From the NCBI RefSeq assembly GCF_009914755.1, contig NC_060936.1: a stretch of 64,000 bases of DNA. One strand, 5' to 3'. Shown here piece after piece: positions 36,584-61,439 of this stretch. This stretch comes from the human T2T-CHM13v2.0 reference genome, Homo sapiens. The notes beneath the pieces are model-generated. The model saw only the letters and a program-made list of their open reading frames with translations. It had not been told where the DNA came from and made no database searches. Position 1 is the first letter of the stretch. Each line of letters starts with the position of its first letter. A program made the translations under genes and the position numbers.

Positions 36584-36842
36584 TCTTGAATTTATATTAT
36601 ACATATTTTATTTAGAAAACAAATGCTTCTTGTTAAAGCAAAAAAAAAAAAAAGACTCATTTTAAAACCTTTGCTCAGATCATTGCCACATCTTAACTCA
36701 GGATCTACTATTATTTCAAAGTTACAAGATGAGATCCATCGTGTAGTATCTGTTTACTACCATAGCCATGAATAGACACGGAGGAGGAGAATGTTCTATT
36801 ATTAAGTAACCTGAATATAAGGAAAAACATGAAATTGCTTTA

Positions 36843-37212
<370 letters not shown>

Positions 37213-38564
37213 TGGATAGATGATAGGTGATTGTTAGATTGATCGATTGATTTAGGTAGATTGTATGACTACTTACTGAGTGTCTACTATATATTGACAC
37301 TTTGAAAGGTACAGTGTTTGAGGAGGACACTGTCCTCACCCCATCAAGTGCTTGTAGGTCTACTAGAGGACAATAAAATAGTGGTTATAATAGAAGTACA
37401 AATAAGGTACTTGGAGAACACAGAGGAATTATCTGGTAAGGCAAAGGAATGGTGAAGTTTCGTGGAAAAGTTGTATTTTACCTAGGCCTAATGGTACCAA
37501 AGTAGACTTAAGGCAAAGAAAGGAGCCTAAATCTGAGATATGGGAGAAGGAAGGAGAACTTGGAGAAAGGATAATTTGACCTAATTATTGCCAAATTCAG
37601 AAATATAAGGGTTTGAACTAGGGGAGCAGTTCAAAGCTGTTCATGGGAGACAGTAATCTTGTATTTTAACATGGCTGGAAATAGAATGAGCTAGTTTACC
37701 TGAAAGGTATTTTGAAAGTAAATATATTGGTTCTGGTGACCTATTGACGCTTAGAAAGTTTGTTTATGTTCTTATGAGCAGGAAGTTAGTGCCTACTACC
37801 CTCACCTTAATACCTTTATTATGTATGCATAAGAAGCTTTGTCTCATAGATGAAAAATATTTTATTAAATCATATAGTATTTAATGACATCTAAGGAATC
37901 AAGCTATATTTGGACTGAATGTGAGTTCATTTAGTGGTACTCATGGGTGTAAAAATCCTTGATTTTGTTTTTGTTGGTGGCCACTGGGTTTAGATGTTGT
38001 CATGTTTTACTTGCCCATAGTATTGTGTAGCTTCTCAAAGTTTATTTTAGTTGTTTCTTTTTATTAACTAATTCAACACAGGAAGTAGGAAGGGGTTAAC
38101 TTGTATTCCAAATTATTTTATAAAAATAGATATATTTATTTATTTAAAATAAAAAGCATCTTCCAGATGGAGAAAGTAATAAATGCCAAGAGGCAAACTG
38201 AATTCTATCTTCGATGTTCCAGTTAGCCATTGGTTAAAACCTTTGGAGTTCTTTGTAGTCCTTTTATGAGACTTGATGTCAGCTAAGCAAATAATACATT
38301 AAGGATCAGAAATTTCACTTCAGGGGAAAATGAGGAGAATTGAGGTAGTTTTCTCGCTTCTGTCATCTTCTGGATTATATTTCTTAAATTTCATCTAATA
38401 GGCAATAAGAAAAACTGTCCTTATATGGGTACAGAAAGTTTGTAGGTCAAATCAAAAATTTTGTTTTCCTTGGTCAGAGAGCTGCAGAATATTTGGTAAT
38501 GATGTCAGCTGTGGGGTATTGCTGCCTACTTATCAGGCAGCAATATTTATCAAGCAGGCTAAAA

Positions 38565-39430
<866 letters not shown>

Positions 39431-39654
39431 TGAAAGATTTCTTCCTCACATGGTAGTGTTTTCCAGTTTTGGAGTGGAAAACCATTGTTAGTTCTATTTT
39501 AGTTTTAAGGATGGGCCTAATTTTAGAAAGCTACAAGTTTGGTGTCTGCTTGAAAATTATTTTCTTTTTATAAGGTGCTATTTAGGGAGGCTGGGTAATT
39601 TCTTTCTCCAAGCAGTTAAAATGAAAAGTCTACTAGCTTTGTCTTTCTTTTAAG

Positions 39655-41450
<1,796 letters not shown>

Positions 41451-42429
41451 AGTGGGAGCCTCGACCTACCTGGCCTCAGGTGATCCCAAGCCGAGCCTCT
41501 TGAGTAGCTGGAACTACAGGCATGTACCACTGTGCCCAGCTAAGTTTTGTATTTTTTTGTAGAGACAGAGTTTTGCTATGTTGCCTAGCCTACCTTGGAA
41601 CTCCTGAGGTTCAAGCAGTCTGCCTGCCTCAACTTCCTGGAGTTCTGGGATTACAGGGATGAACCACCACACCGTGCAATTAATGGTTTTTGAATATACA
41701 TCCTAAGTGTTTCTGCTGGAGAACGCAAAGCTTAAAATAGCATTCTTCATAAAAAGTTGATGTAGTAATAACGAGCTGTTTCTTAGAACTCATTTTGAAA
41801 ATGCAGTAACCAAGGCCTGAAGTAATGACCTATGTGAAGTCCATTAAAATGTCTTCTTTCCTGGACAGTATTTGTATGGTCATCCGTGATGTTTTCTTCT
41901 TGACTATTCATTATTTCATAAGACTTTTAAATCTTTTTGTCTGATTACACACACACAACACGATTGCAAAAATGTATTTAGTCTAAATAAGAAAAGGAGA
42001 GTAGAGAGAAAAGTTGTAGTTTTCTTATTGAGAATTACAGTGTTCATGGGGAATGGGTGGGAGGAGTGATACCCCCCGTCCCCCAGCCAAGCTAATTGGT
42101 GAGGGAAGCTCCAAGAAATTTCATTTATATAGATGGAAGATGTTACAAAAAGTGACTGGCATGTTACTTCTCAACTGGATAGTTTCTGAGTTAGTAGTTT
42201 TGTTGGAATAGTCCATTCCATCAGAACATTTAAGAGATCTTGGTAGTTTGTGTGTGGTAAGACAGGCAAGGACAGTTCCTTCTCTGTGAATTAGAGATCT
42301 ACCATACAGCTTTGTCACATTTGAGGTTAACACTTAGGATTCTAGTATTGCTGGTGAGCTAGAAAAATGCCTTTTCATTCCACCATTCTGAAAGTCTTGC
42401 TTCTAGAAAAGACTTTTTTAAATTGATGA

Positions 42430-43232
<803 letters not shown>

Positions 43233-43234
43233 GA

Positions 43235-43561
<327 letters not shown>

Positions 43562-43679
43562 TGAATTCTTTGATACGGTAAATAATAATACCAACATGGT
43601 GAATAACAACACATTCTATTTTGTGTCCCCTCTTTTAGAATACTTTTTTCCCCGATGGTCATTATAGACTTATTTTTTA

Positions 43680-43980
43680 CAGTGTTTTTTATTTCAGTAG
43701 TTTTTGGAGAACAGGTGGTGTTTGGTTACATGGGTAAGTTCTTTAGTGGTGGTTTCTCAGATGGGTGCACCCATCATCCAAGCAGTGTACACTGTACCCA
43801 GTGTGTAGTCTTTTATCCCTCACCCCCTCCCACTCTTCTCCCTGAGTCCCCAAAGTCCATTATATCATTCTTATGCCTTTGCGTCCTCATAGCGTAGCTC
43901 TCACTCGTAAGTGAGAACATACGATGTTTGACTTTTCTTTCCTGAATTACTTCACTTAAAATAATGGTCTCCAACTCCAG
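43680..43980 (-). mobile_element. L1PB 3' end
   Basis: ttttggagaacaggtggtgtttggttacatgggtaagttctttagtggtg...gagtccccaaagtccatt. Confidence 0.8.
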
Positions 43981-44126
43981 GAAGATGCTTTATTCTTTAT
44001 TAATATTTTAAAGAGCATATGTCTACTTTTGCTGTTTTCTCTACAATTGACATGCACTTAGAGAATTCTCATGGTTGTTTGACCTAACAGTGATAACTGA
44101 GCTACTCTTAAAAATAGGAGAACCCG

Positions 44127-44729
<603 letters not shown>

Positions 44730-44794
44730 TCAGTTCTTCAATTTGAAGTATAACTTGATGGAAGGAAAAAATAAATCAATAAAATAGAAGAACC

Positions 44795-45250
<456 letters not shown>

Positions 45251-45685
45251 AGGAGAGCTTTTTTTTTTGTTTTTTTTGAGAGAGTCTTGCTCTTGTGCAA
45301 TCTTGGCTCACTGCAACTTCCGCCTCCCAGGTTCAAGCAATTCTCGTGCCTCAGCTTCCCAAGTAGCTGGGATTACAGGCATGCGCCACCATGCCCACCT
45401 AATTTTGTATTTATAGTAGAGATGGGGTTTCACCATGTTGGCCAGGCTAGTCTCAAGCTCCTGACCTCATGATCCGCCCGCCTCAGCCTCCCAAAGTGTT
45501 GGGATTACAGGCACGAGCCACCATGCCCGGCTGGAGAGCCTTTTAATAACATTTGTTACACATTTAACATAAAAATCATTAATCATCAATAGTTTTAGCC
45601 TAAAAAGTAGAAGGGAAAGCATGTGGATTTTAATGCTTTTCATTTGACTATTCTGTGGTTTCTACTGCCATCCTAAAGAATGACA

Positions 45686-46713
<1,028 letters not shown>

Positions 46714-46822
46714 TTCCGGAAGTCCTAAAAAATAATCTGGAATGCTCAAGGATGGAATGAAAGTAAATATCAGTAAGGAAGGAGGCTGCCATTTGTCTGT
46801 TCCTTGATTCCTGAGAAGAAAA

Positions 46823-46900
46823 CCACTGGTACTTACTATTATTAAGAGTATAGCCAAACTGTCCACTAGTACTTACTATTATTAAGAGTATAGCCAAACT
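46823..46900. repeat. 40-bp tandem duplication
   Basis: ccactRgtacttactattattaagagtatagccaaact at 46823 and 46863, one mismatch. Confidence 0.95.
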
Positions 46901-48179
46901 CTGCTTTCAAAAAAACAGAAGTTTATGGTAGGTCATATGAGGAGTTCCCCCACTTAATTATGGGGAGGGAGAGATTGTTACCATTCAGATCAGAGCATAA
47001 TCAGCCCTTAACACTGTCACTCTGCTTTGACAACAGCAGCAACCTTTTAATACACACAATACCTTTTATATCCTAATCAACAGGAACAAAGATTGCTTCC
47101 CCACCCCATTGCTGTTCGAGGGTTAACTTATTAACCTTATTGTTACGTTAGCACTTTATTATACACTGATCCGAAACTTATATCTAAAATATTTGTACCA
47201 AAATCTTAATTTCAGTATTAAGTCAACAAGCTAGATGAAAAATTTTATAAGTTGGGGTTTAAGATGTTTATTAAAAAGACAATATGTGTTAGAGGAAATG
47301 GGGTTGAAAACAAAGCACATTCAGTTGGAATACATGTTTTTACAATGAGAGTGGAATCGTGGGTAAAGTTCTTTGAACAATTATGTGCATCTGTTTACTA
47401 AATAACATGGGTCTAAGGGAAGAAACCATTCCTTTTATATCCATTTATAAGCTCTACGTCAAAGGCATGAGTGATATTTGGTGAGTGCTCAAGAGATCAG
47501 TAGCTCATAAGGCAGAGTCCTAAGAGATGCCACTTTGCCTTTTTGGCTCACATTCATCTTTCCAGCCTTGGATCACTTCTGTTTTCCTAGAATAACATCA
47601 GGTATTTGTTACAGGAGGCATTGAATTTCTTTCCATCCTCACTAATACCCCCATAGTACACTGTGCAGATCCAACTATACTTTGGGTAGAGCACTCCCAT
47701 TTTCCGGTGGCAACAGATAGGCTGTTTATACTGGAGAGTGGAACAGTTTTTTGCTTTCTTTATCCCATTTTTAAAAAGGAGCAAAAGCTGTTTCCAGGTT
47801 AGCATAATGACAAGGTAATAATGGTTGAATTTTTTCTTGACAATTTACATTGTCTTTCTTCCTGATGACTCAAGCTTTTCTCAAAATTTAATCTTCTTGT
47901 TTTGTTTCTTTCATTTAATGGTTTTGATTGTTCTCTCCTGATTTTCTTATTTTTTATAATACTATTTAATAATTATAGATTTTGCTAGTTTTTTAAACTT
48001 TATTTATTTATTTTGAGATGGAGTCTCGCTCTGTTGCTTAGGCTGGAGTGGAGTGGCACAGTCTCTGCTCACTTCAACCTCTGCCTCCTAGGTTCAAGTG
48101 TACCTCCTGCCTCAGCCTCCCAAGTAGCTAGGATTACAGGTGTGTGCCACCATGTCTAATTTTTGCATTTTTTAAAATT

Positions 48180-48449
48180 CTTTCTTTTTTTATTATTGTA
48201 CTTTAAGTTCTAGGGTACATGTGTACAACGTGCAGGTTTGTTACATAGGTATACGTGTGCCATGTTGGTTTGCTGCACCCATCAACTGGTCATTTACATT
48301 AGGTGTTTCTCCTAATGCTATCCCTCCCCCAGCCCCTCACCTGCCAACGGGCCCGGTGTGTGATGTTCCCCACCCTGTGTCTGTGTGTTCTCATTGTTCA
48401 ACTCCCACCTGTGAGTGAGAACATGCAGTGTTTGGTTTTCTGTCCTTGT
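48180..48449 (-). mobile_element. L1PA (PA6/7-like) 3' end inserted into the linker of an antisense Alu (48000-48584)
   Basis: ttattgtactttaagttctagggtacatgtg...ggttttctgtccttgtga; Alu linker aatttttg..ttttt duplicated on either side. Confidence 0.88.
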
Positions 48450-48736
48450 GAAATTTTTGTGTTTTTAGTAGAGACGGGTTTTGCCATGTTGGCCAACTGG
48501 TCTTGAACTCCTGACCTCAAGTGATTTGCCCACCTCAGCTTCCTAAAGTACTGGGATTACAGGCGTGAGCCACTGTGGCTGGCCTTGCTGGTTTGTTTTT
48601 TTAACTGATTTTTTTCCTTTAAGTTTTACTTTCTTCTCCTGGCTCTTATTGAGGTCCTAGGTGTCCCTTTTTTACTTTCATATTTTCAACTTATATATTC
48701 CTATTTCTTTAGCTGTTCTCAGGCTGATTCCCGTAA

Positions 48737-49289
<553 letters not shown>

Positions 49290-49636
49290 TAAAGTGCTGG
49301 GATTACAGGCGTGAGCCACTGAGCCTGACCCCATAAATTAATATTTAAACATAAATACACAGTTTTCACTCCACCAGTATGACTGTATACATATATGTAT
49401 AGTTCCAGTCTACATTTCAAGTACAGTAATTCTACTTTAAAATCCTTATGTCATTACCAACGTCTTTCCTATCTAGATCCAAATCCAACATCTTCTGCCC
49501 CAAACCAGCTTCCCTTCTTAACATTCCCATTCTCTATATCCTTATCTCAAAATTTTTCATCCTCAAACTGGCGCCGAGGTTTTTTTCAATTTTTAGAATG
49601 CTCTTTAGATTTGCTTATCTAGGCAAGTCACTGCTA

Positions 49637-50110
<474 letters not shown>

Positions 50111-51539
50111 TTAGGGTCAGGGTCTTTGTCCTCCAGGTTGATCATAGGTCACTGCAGTCTTAAACTCCTGGGCTCAAATTATCCTCCTACCTCAGCCTTC
50201 TGAGTAACTAGGGCTACAGACACACACAACCACACCTGGCTAATTTTTTAAGTTTTTTTGTAGAGACGTGGATCTCATGTTGCCTAGGCTAGTTTCGAAT
50301 TCCTAATCTCAAGCAATCCTTTTCCCTCTGCTTCCCAAAGTGCTGGGATTACAGAGTAAGCCACCAGGCCTGGCCAAAATTTTGTATAATTGTCATCTTG
50401 GTGGTGGATTCTCAAGATGGAATGAGGAGTATATGGAAAATGCTTCTGGTCCCTACTATACGTACAGGGGAAGAATTGAAAGATGGGATGGCATGGACTA
50501 TCAGCAGGCAATATCCAGCACAGACTCTCAGTTCTCCTAATCAGAACAGATATAAATTCTTTAGTTCAGAACATACGGCTTTGCATATTTGACACTTTAC
50601 CTGACCAACCATATCTTTTACTGTACATCAATACCATCAATACAAATCGCAGAGAGACACGCATATTGTTAACATTTTTGCCCCGTGATTTATGCTCTGC
50701 CTTACATTTGAATTGTCCTTTCTCTCTTTTTTTTAAACACACACACCCCCGGCTCATGGTTTATGCCTTAATTTTGCCATTAGTTCTACCTCCCTGATTT
50801 TTCTTCCATCAGAACTATTACCATGTTTAAAAGTTAATACCATAAAAATTAATATACTGTCTGTCTCCCACTAGAAAGCTTCTTGAGAGCAAGGACCTTA
50901 TTTTATTTATTAATCTATTTTGACCATATAGAAAAGAATCTGACACATAGTACTTAATATTTACTGGATGAATATCAATTATTAGTAAGGAATTGATCAT
51001 ATGGTGTATCTATAAAATGTAATTCCATTCAGCCCACCTAAAGTAATGAAATAAAGCTATATATACTCTGATACAGAAAGATGTCTCTGGTACAATTTTT
51101 TTTTTTTTTGAGACAGAGTCTCACTCTATTGTCCAGGCTGGAGTGCAGTGGCACAATCTCAGTTTACTGCAACCTCCGCCTCCCGAGTTGAAGCGATTCT
51201 CCAGCCTTAGCCTCCCGAGTAGCTGAGATTACAGGCATGCACCACCACACCTGGCTAATTTTTGTATTTTTAGTAGAGATGGGGTTTCACCATGTTGGCC
51301 AGGCTGGTCTCAAACTCCCAACCTCAGGTGATTCACCCGCCTCTGCCTCCCAAAGTGCTGGGATTACAGGTGTGAGCCACCACCCAGCCAATAACTTTAA
51401 GTGATTATATATCTATATATGTTTCTGTATACTTAGATGACAGTAGGGAAAATACATACTAATAACCTTAAGTACCTAGAATGTTGTATGGAAGGTGAAT
51501 ATGTTCTGTATTTTTGTGTTTGAATGTTTTAAACAACTA

Positions 51540-51853
51540 TAGTAGTCTTCCCTAGCCACAGTTTTGCTTCCCATGGTTTTGCATTCTGCAGTTTTCAGTT
51601 ACCCATGGTACAGTACAATAAGATTTTGAGAGAAAAGGACATTTACATAACTCTTATTACAGTAATTGTTATAATTGTCCAGTTTTACTAGTTATTATTT
51701 CTTACTATGCCTAATTTATAAATTAAACTTTATCACAGGTATGTGTGTATAGGAAAAAAAACAGTATATATAGTTCTTACAGTTTAGGCTTTCCACAGTT
51801 CCAAGCATCCATTGAGGGTTTTGAAACGTCCCCCACAGACAAGGTGGGATTAT

Positions 51854-51855
<2 letters not shown>
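51540..51855 (+). mobile_element. MER44 (TcMar-Tigger) element
   Basis: Homologous to the copy at 12985-13282 (acagtacaataagattttgaga, tgcctaatttataaattaaactttatca). Confidence 0.75.
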
Positions 51856-51856
<1 letters not shown>

Positions 51857-51901
<45 letters not shown>

Positions 51902-51965
51902 ATATATATATATATACACAAAATTTATATTCATACACAATTTATATATTTTTTATATATATATA
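51857..51965. repeat. (TG)~22 microsatellite followed by TA-rich repeats
   Basis: Read directly from sequence. Confidence 0.9.
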
Positions 51966-52063
51966 ATTTTTTTTTTAATGAAAATAGGGTTTAAGAAGAA
52001 ACTCGGGGCGGCCGTGGTGGCTCATGCCTGTAAGCATTTTGGGAGGCCGAGGCAGGCAGATCA

Positions 52064-52372
<309 letters not shown>

Positions 52373-52513
52373 TTATTTTAAAAAATTATTTTCTTTTTTC
52401 ATTATAGAGGCATATGTTCTCACTTTTTAAAAAACATACAAAACATAATATAGATTGAGAATTGCATAGGGCACAATATTAAACTTTTCTCTTCAACCTT
52501 TTTCCTGTCTTGA

Positions 52514-52789
<276 letters not shown>

Positions 52790-53205
52790 TGATCCACCCA
52801 CCTTGGCATCCCAAAGTGTTGGGATTACGGCATGAGCCACTGCACCCGGCCCACTTAGGTATTTTTTATGTGTATGCACAAATAAAACTTTTTCTCAGAT
52901 TTGCCCTTTAAAATAAAAACTCAGCATTATGTATCTGGGCATTTGTTCATCTCTGAACATATATGTTTATGACATTCTTTTTAATGGCTATGTGGTAATT
53001 CATTGTAGTGATGTGTACTATAATTTCTTTAATCAGAGATTTTTCTAATTAAATTTTCTTTTTTCTTAGGAGTATCTCTATCCCAATTTAATATTAACAA
53101 AATAGTACATTTCATTTTGTGATCCAAACTTTGGCGTATTACTATTCCTCTATTTTGTTGTATATTTCCCTCTAATTGTGTTGGTCTTGTATTTATATAT
53201 TTCAG

Positions 53206-53436
53206 GTCTGCGGATCAATGGAGAGCTAATCACTGCCTACCCACAAGTGGTGGTAGTCAGAGTACCAACCCCTTGGGTGCAAAGTGATAGTGACATCACT
53301 GTTTTGCGCCATCTAGAGAAGATGGGATGTCGGTTAATGAACCGACCTCAAGCCATCCTGAACTGCGTTAATAAGTTCTGGACATTTCAAGAGTTGGCTG
53401 GCCATGGTGTTCCTCTGCCGGATACTTTCTCTTATG
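53206..53436 (+). CDS. RIMKLB: RIMKLB exon 3 ([14 protein letters not shown]...[10 protein letters not shown])
   Basis: Acceptor atttcag|GT, donor TATG|gtgagc; 231 nt, in frame with exon 2; RimK-like NxxxxIxxxxNK and GVPLPDT motifs. Confidence 0.97.
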
Positions 53437-53607
53437 GTGAGCCTACTAAAGAGCATACATAGCCTGAATATTAACCACTGATAGTTTTAATAGGATAAAT
53501 TTACAGACATGAAAGAACACCTTATAGAAGTGTCTTTCAGTTTTAACACACTGGACAGGATAATTATAAATTATATCTTAAGATTTGTTTCATATTATGG
53601 GGGAAAA

Positions 53608-53828
53608 TAGGGTTAGAAAACTTTTTCTGTAAAGGGCAAGATTGTAAGTATTTTAGGTTTTATAAGCCATTAAGTTCTCTGGTAACCCTCCGTAATGCTG
53701 TTGTAGCATGAAAGCTGTTATAGACAATGCTTAAACAAATGAGTAGCTTTGTTCCGATGAAACTTTATTATTATAAAAACAGCTGATAGGTCAAATTTGA
53801 CCCACAGGCCTTAGTTTGCCAACCTCTG
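53608..53828 (-). mobile_element. MER58A (hAT-Charlie)
   Basis: aaactttttctgtaaagggc...ggccttagtttgccaacctctg. Confidence 0.75.
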
Positions 53829-55300
53829 TGGTAAAAGATAATTCTAATTTTATGACATTAGTTTTTCATTTTCTTCATTACCATTTTGATAACTCAAATA
53901 TTTTAATGTTTTTAAAGAAAGTAACACTTTAGTAGGTGTAGCAATGCTTTCGAACTTCTGGTAAAAGGGTTTTTTTTTTTAAAAGATCAATCTGTGGTAG
54001 ATTAATACTCATGTAAAATATAATAAAATGATCACAGCAGTGCCAGATTGCTATAAAAGCTTCTGCTGCCTACCCTTTTTGTATTTATCTGACCACATAA
54101 CAGTAGTGAACAAGTCCTATCCAGGCATAGGTTACAGGACCACATTCTGAGTAGCACTGCTTTAAACAATATTTTGCTAATGTATTTCCTGCCTTTAATT
54201 TTCTTGTTTGGAAAAGATCAAACTTAAATCAGAGTTTTCCATAAAGGTATTTCTCCAAATAAATATCCAGTAGAGTGCTTGGAGATTTCATGAGGCTTTA
54301 CAAAGGAACCCTTGTCCTCTCCTTATTGTTAATATTTTAAAAAAAAGGAACTCTTCCCCCTCAACCCCCACCAAGCCTGTATGGCATGTGTGGACGCAGT
54401 TTCTGTTTTTAGCAATTGCATAAGAAGAGACAGAATTAATATAAGTTGAGAATTCTGTGTTTTTAGTGCTTTGGGGATATTAATAGTTTATAACATGATT
54501 GTACAATTTTGATTTTATGAGAATGGAAAGAAGGAAAAAAAGGTTAACCAAATTAACAAGTATTACCTTTGTTCTATTGATGAAGGATTAAAATTTGGTG
54601 ACCAAGTCATAATTTTGCAACGCTACACATTTCTCGTATTTCACTTGTTTAATGGACTTTTTCCTGTCTCAGCTTTTCTCTCTAATCATGCTGATTTTTG
54701 TAGCTACAGTCTATTTTTGCTCTAACCTTGTTATTGTATCATTTGTTTTTGGGCAATAAAAAGAATAAGAAAGGAGACTTAACCCAGGATGCTTAGTTAC
54801 CCTAGTGTAGAAAGAACTCTGATTAGTAATGGAGATAAGAAAAATTGGTGTGTGTGTGTTTGTTGATAATAAAAAGAGAGTGTGTCAGTGTGTGCAGCAT
54901 CTCTTCAACCTTGGATAGATCTTAACCAACTCATTCTTCAGTTCCTTAATCCAAGCAGGGAATTGAATATATTAAAGTAAATCTTGGGGCTTCTGTTATT
55001 TGTGTGGGAGAATAATAAGGATAAAAACATGAGAAATGGCATAGAATTAGGAAACTCTTTAGCTGAAAGATACTTAAGTTAGATATCAGAATATGTATAG
55101 ATTAAGGGAGCTATTATTTGTTTTAAACTGATATTCTGTTATATTTTCAACTTACACATACTTTCTCCAAGAAAAAAAGTTAGCCATCAGGCTCTTACCT
55201 TCAACTTCCTTGTGCTGTTGGTTGTCTTTAGCGTTGATAAAATTGATCACAAAATACTTCTGCTGCTGTTTGTCTTAAATTTTTGTATTGCTCAAACCAG

Positions 55301-55387
55301 GTGGCCACGAAAATTTTGCTAAAATGATTGATGAGGCTGAAGTTCTGGAGTTCCCAATGGTAGTAAAGAATACGCGGGGTCACAGAG
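55301..55387 (+). CDS. RIMKLB: RIMKLB exon 4 ([29 protein letters not shown])
   Basis: Acceptor aaaccag|GT, donor AGAG|gtatgt; 87 nt; ATP-grasp FPxVVK..G..G motif. Too short to appear in the ORF track. Confidence 0.96.
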
Positions 55388-55634
55388 GTATGTATGAGTT
55401 GTTGGTAAGGTATATAGTTTTGAAACTATTCTTGCTTATTAATATGGAGTGACTTTGAAGAATAGTTAGAGGGAAATTGTTAGATGCATGATACCTCAGA
55501 CTTACAGAAGGCTACTATGAGTTGTTCAGTTTGGCTAAAAGCTATTTGTTTAGTGGTTACCTAGAGATTTTAACATACATACTTAGACTGAGTCTCAAGT
55601 TAATGTCTGTATCTTCCTCAATAATGTAAAGACC

Positions 55635-56402
<768 letters not shown>

Positions 56403-56454
56403 TAAGGCATAAAATGATATATCAGTCTGAGTACAGTGACATATTTTGTGTTTC

Positions 56455-56745
56455 GGCAGGGATGGCTGGATCAGAGTTCAACTGGAACTATTGACTGGAT
56501 TCTTTATATTTGGCTTCTCCAGTAGAGCAGCCAAGAGTCTCAGGCCTCCTGCAGTGAATGCTAAAGTGAACAAAGAATCTGTATGACCTTTTATGGTCTA
56601 CCCTCATAAGTCATAATAGAATTACTTCTGCTATATTCTCTTGTTTGGAGCAATCACAAGCCCTCCTAGATTCAGCCAGAAGTGACATAGATTCAGTATC
56701 CCTCCTTTCCCCTCCCCACCATGGGAAGAATTTAGAACCATATAT
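56455..56745. mobile_element. MLT1 MaLR fragment
   Basis: gaccttttatggtctaccctcataagtca...acttctgctatattct..aatcacaagccc..tagattca. Confidence 0.5.
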
Positions 56746-57233
56746 CAAAAACAGCCACTTCCGTTGGCACAGAAATAGACAAATAGAGCAGTGGAACAGG
56801 CTAGAGAATTCAGAAATAAATTGAGGTAACATACTGCTATATTACTATATCCTAATATCGTATATTAATGTATTCTATAATAATATATCACACATGTTTT
56901 AATTCAGAGATAAAAAGATTTGCTAGTGAATAAGGTTTCATTATTGGCTAACCTGGGGAGAAGTACAAATCTAGACCCCTGCCTCAGCATATATCAAAAT
57001 AAATTTTAGTTTGTCATGAAAGAGTTTAGGGAGTAGTAAAAGGAGACTATTTACCTTGTCTTTATATATTTTTGTATTATTTCACTGTTAAAACAGTTCT
57101 AACAAAGAAAACTTAAAAAAAAAATGTAGTTGGTTCTGAAATAGCAGATTGTGATACAAGAAGATTCAGATAATAGGTATCATCTGCCCACAATTGATGA
57201 CTTAACATGTATTTTTATTCTTTTCAATCATAG

Positions 57234-57437
57234 GTAAAGCTGTTTTCTTGGCTCGAGATAAGCACCATTTGGCTGATCTAAGCCATCTTATTCGCCATGA
57301 AGCGCCATACCTGTTCCAGAAGTATGTTAAAGAGTCTCATGGACGGGATGTACGTGTCATTGTCGTGGGAGGCCGTGTGGTTGGCACCATGTTACGTTGT
57401 TCAACAGATGGGAGAATGCAAAGCAACTGCTCATTAG
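57234..57437 (+). CDS. RIMKLB: RIMKLB exon 5 ([12 protein letters not shown]...[10 protein letters not shown]...RMQSNCSL); CDS continues beyond the window
   Basis: Acceptor caatcatag|GT, donor TTAG|gtaaaa; 204 nt; ATP-grasp motifs [16 protein letters not shown] and RxxSN. Confidence 0.97.
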
Positions 57438-57879
57438 GTAAAAATAATGCAATTATCTTTCTAGTATATAAAGTAACATTTATAATTGTCCAGTGAGTAT
57501 TCATATGTATGTAACTCTAGACCTTCTTAATAAGTTGAAAAACGTATTTCCTTTTACATGTAAATATGATTTTTACACATGCCATCAATGTAATTAAACT
57601 CTTGAGTTATTTTTCTAGTAATATAATTCTGTTTCACTGAATCATATTAAATCTGCCTTCACCCATTCTCAATTTGTAACCCAATTTACACATGTATTGG
57701 TTATCTGACAAAAGTTAAGAGATTCCCTCTTTGGTGATGTACTTATTTTGTATATAATTGGAGTTCCTATAAGATGTCATAACCCATTTTACCCATTGGT
57801 CCAAACAAGATTGCTGATTTTGATTTTCTTAAATATGTATTTTCTCAGATCTCTTATTGTTAGGTACATCAGAGCTTAG

Positions 57880-59068
<1,189 letters not shown>

Positions 59069-59070
59069 AG

Positions 59071-60832
<1,762 letters not shown>

Positions 60833-61290
60833 GTTGTTTTGAGATCATTGAGGCTTACAAAAAGGTATAAAGGATTCCTTTGCACCCATTAACCAGCTTT
60901 AGAAATAAGTTGTCAATATAGTTATCTGTTTACTCTCTCTGATCATTTTCTTCTCTCTTCCCCACATCCTGAACTTGGTATTTATCTTTCCTATAATGTA
61001 CTTTTAGTTCTTCTGTCTGTATTCCTAAACTAGTTATTATTTTATGTTATAAAACTTCATCCTTAGATACATCGTCAAGAGTATTTCTGGGTTAGCCCAT
61101 TCACCCAGAAGTGGGATTTCTGTGTTGTAGTGTATTACAATAACTTCAGCTCTACTAGATATTGCCAAATGATTCTCCAAAGTGAGCATACTACCTTAGA
61201 ATTTCTCCTCATTGAATAGTTTCTTATAGTGCCAACTTCTTGCCAACCTGTAAGGTCGGTAGACATTAAACCTGCCAAAATAATGTGAAC

Positions 61291-61439
61291 TTTTGTCTTT
61301 TTTTTTTTTTTCCTTTTTCTGGAGAATGGGGTCTCGCTATATTGCCCAGGCAGGTCTCGAACTCCTGGGCTCAAGCTATCCTCCTGCCTCTTGCCTCCCT
61401 GAGAGCTGGGATTACAGGCGTGAGCCACTGCGCCTGGCC
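61291..61439 (-). pseudogene. BC200 (BCYRN1) RNA retropseudogene lacking the unique 3' domain
   Basis: Reverse strand carries BC200-diagnostic segments CCCAGCTCTCAGGGAGG, GGATAGCTTGAG, GACCTGCCTGGGCAATATAGCG and TTCTCCAGAAAAAGGA(n)AAGACAAAA. Confidence 0.88.
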
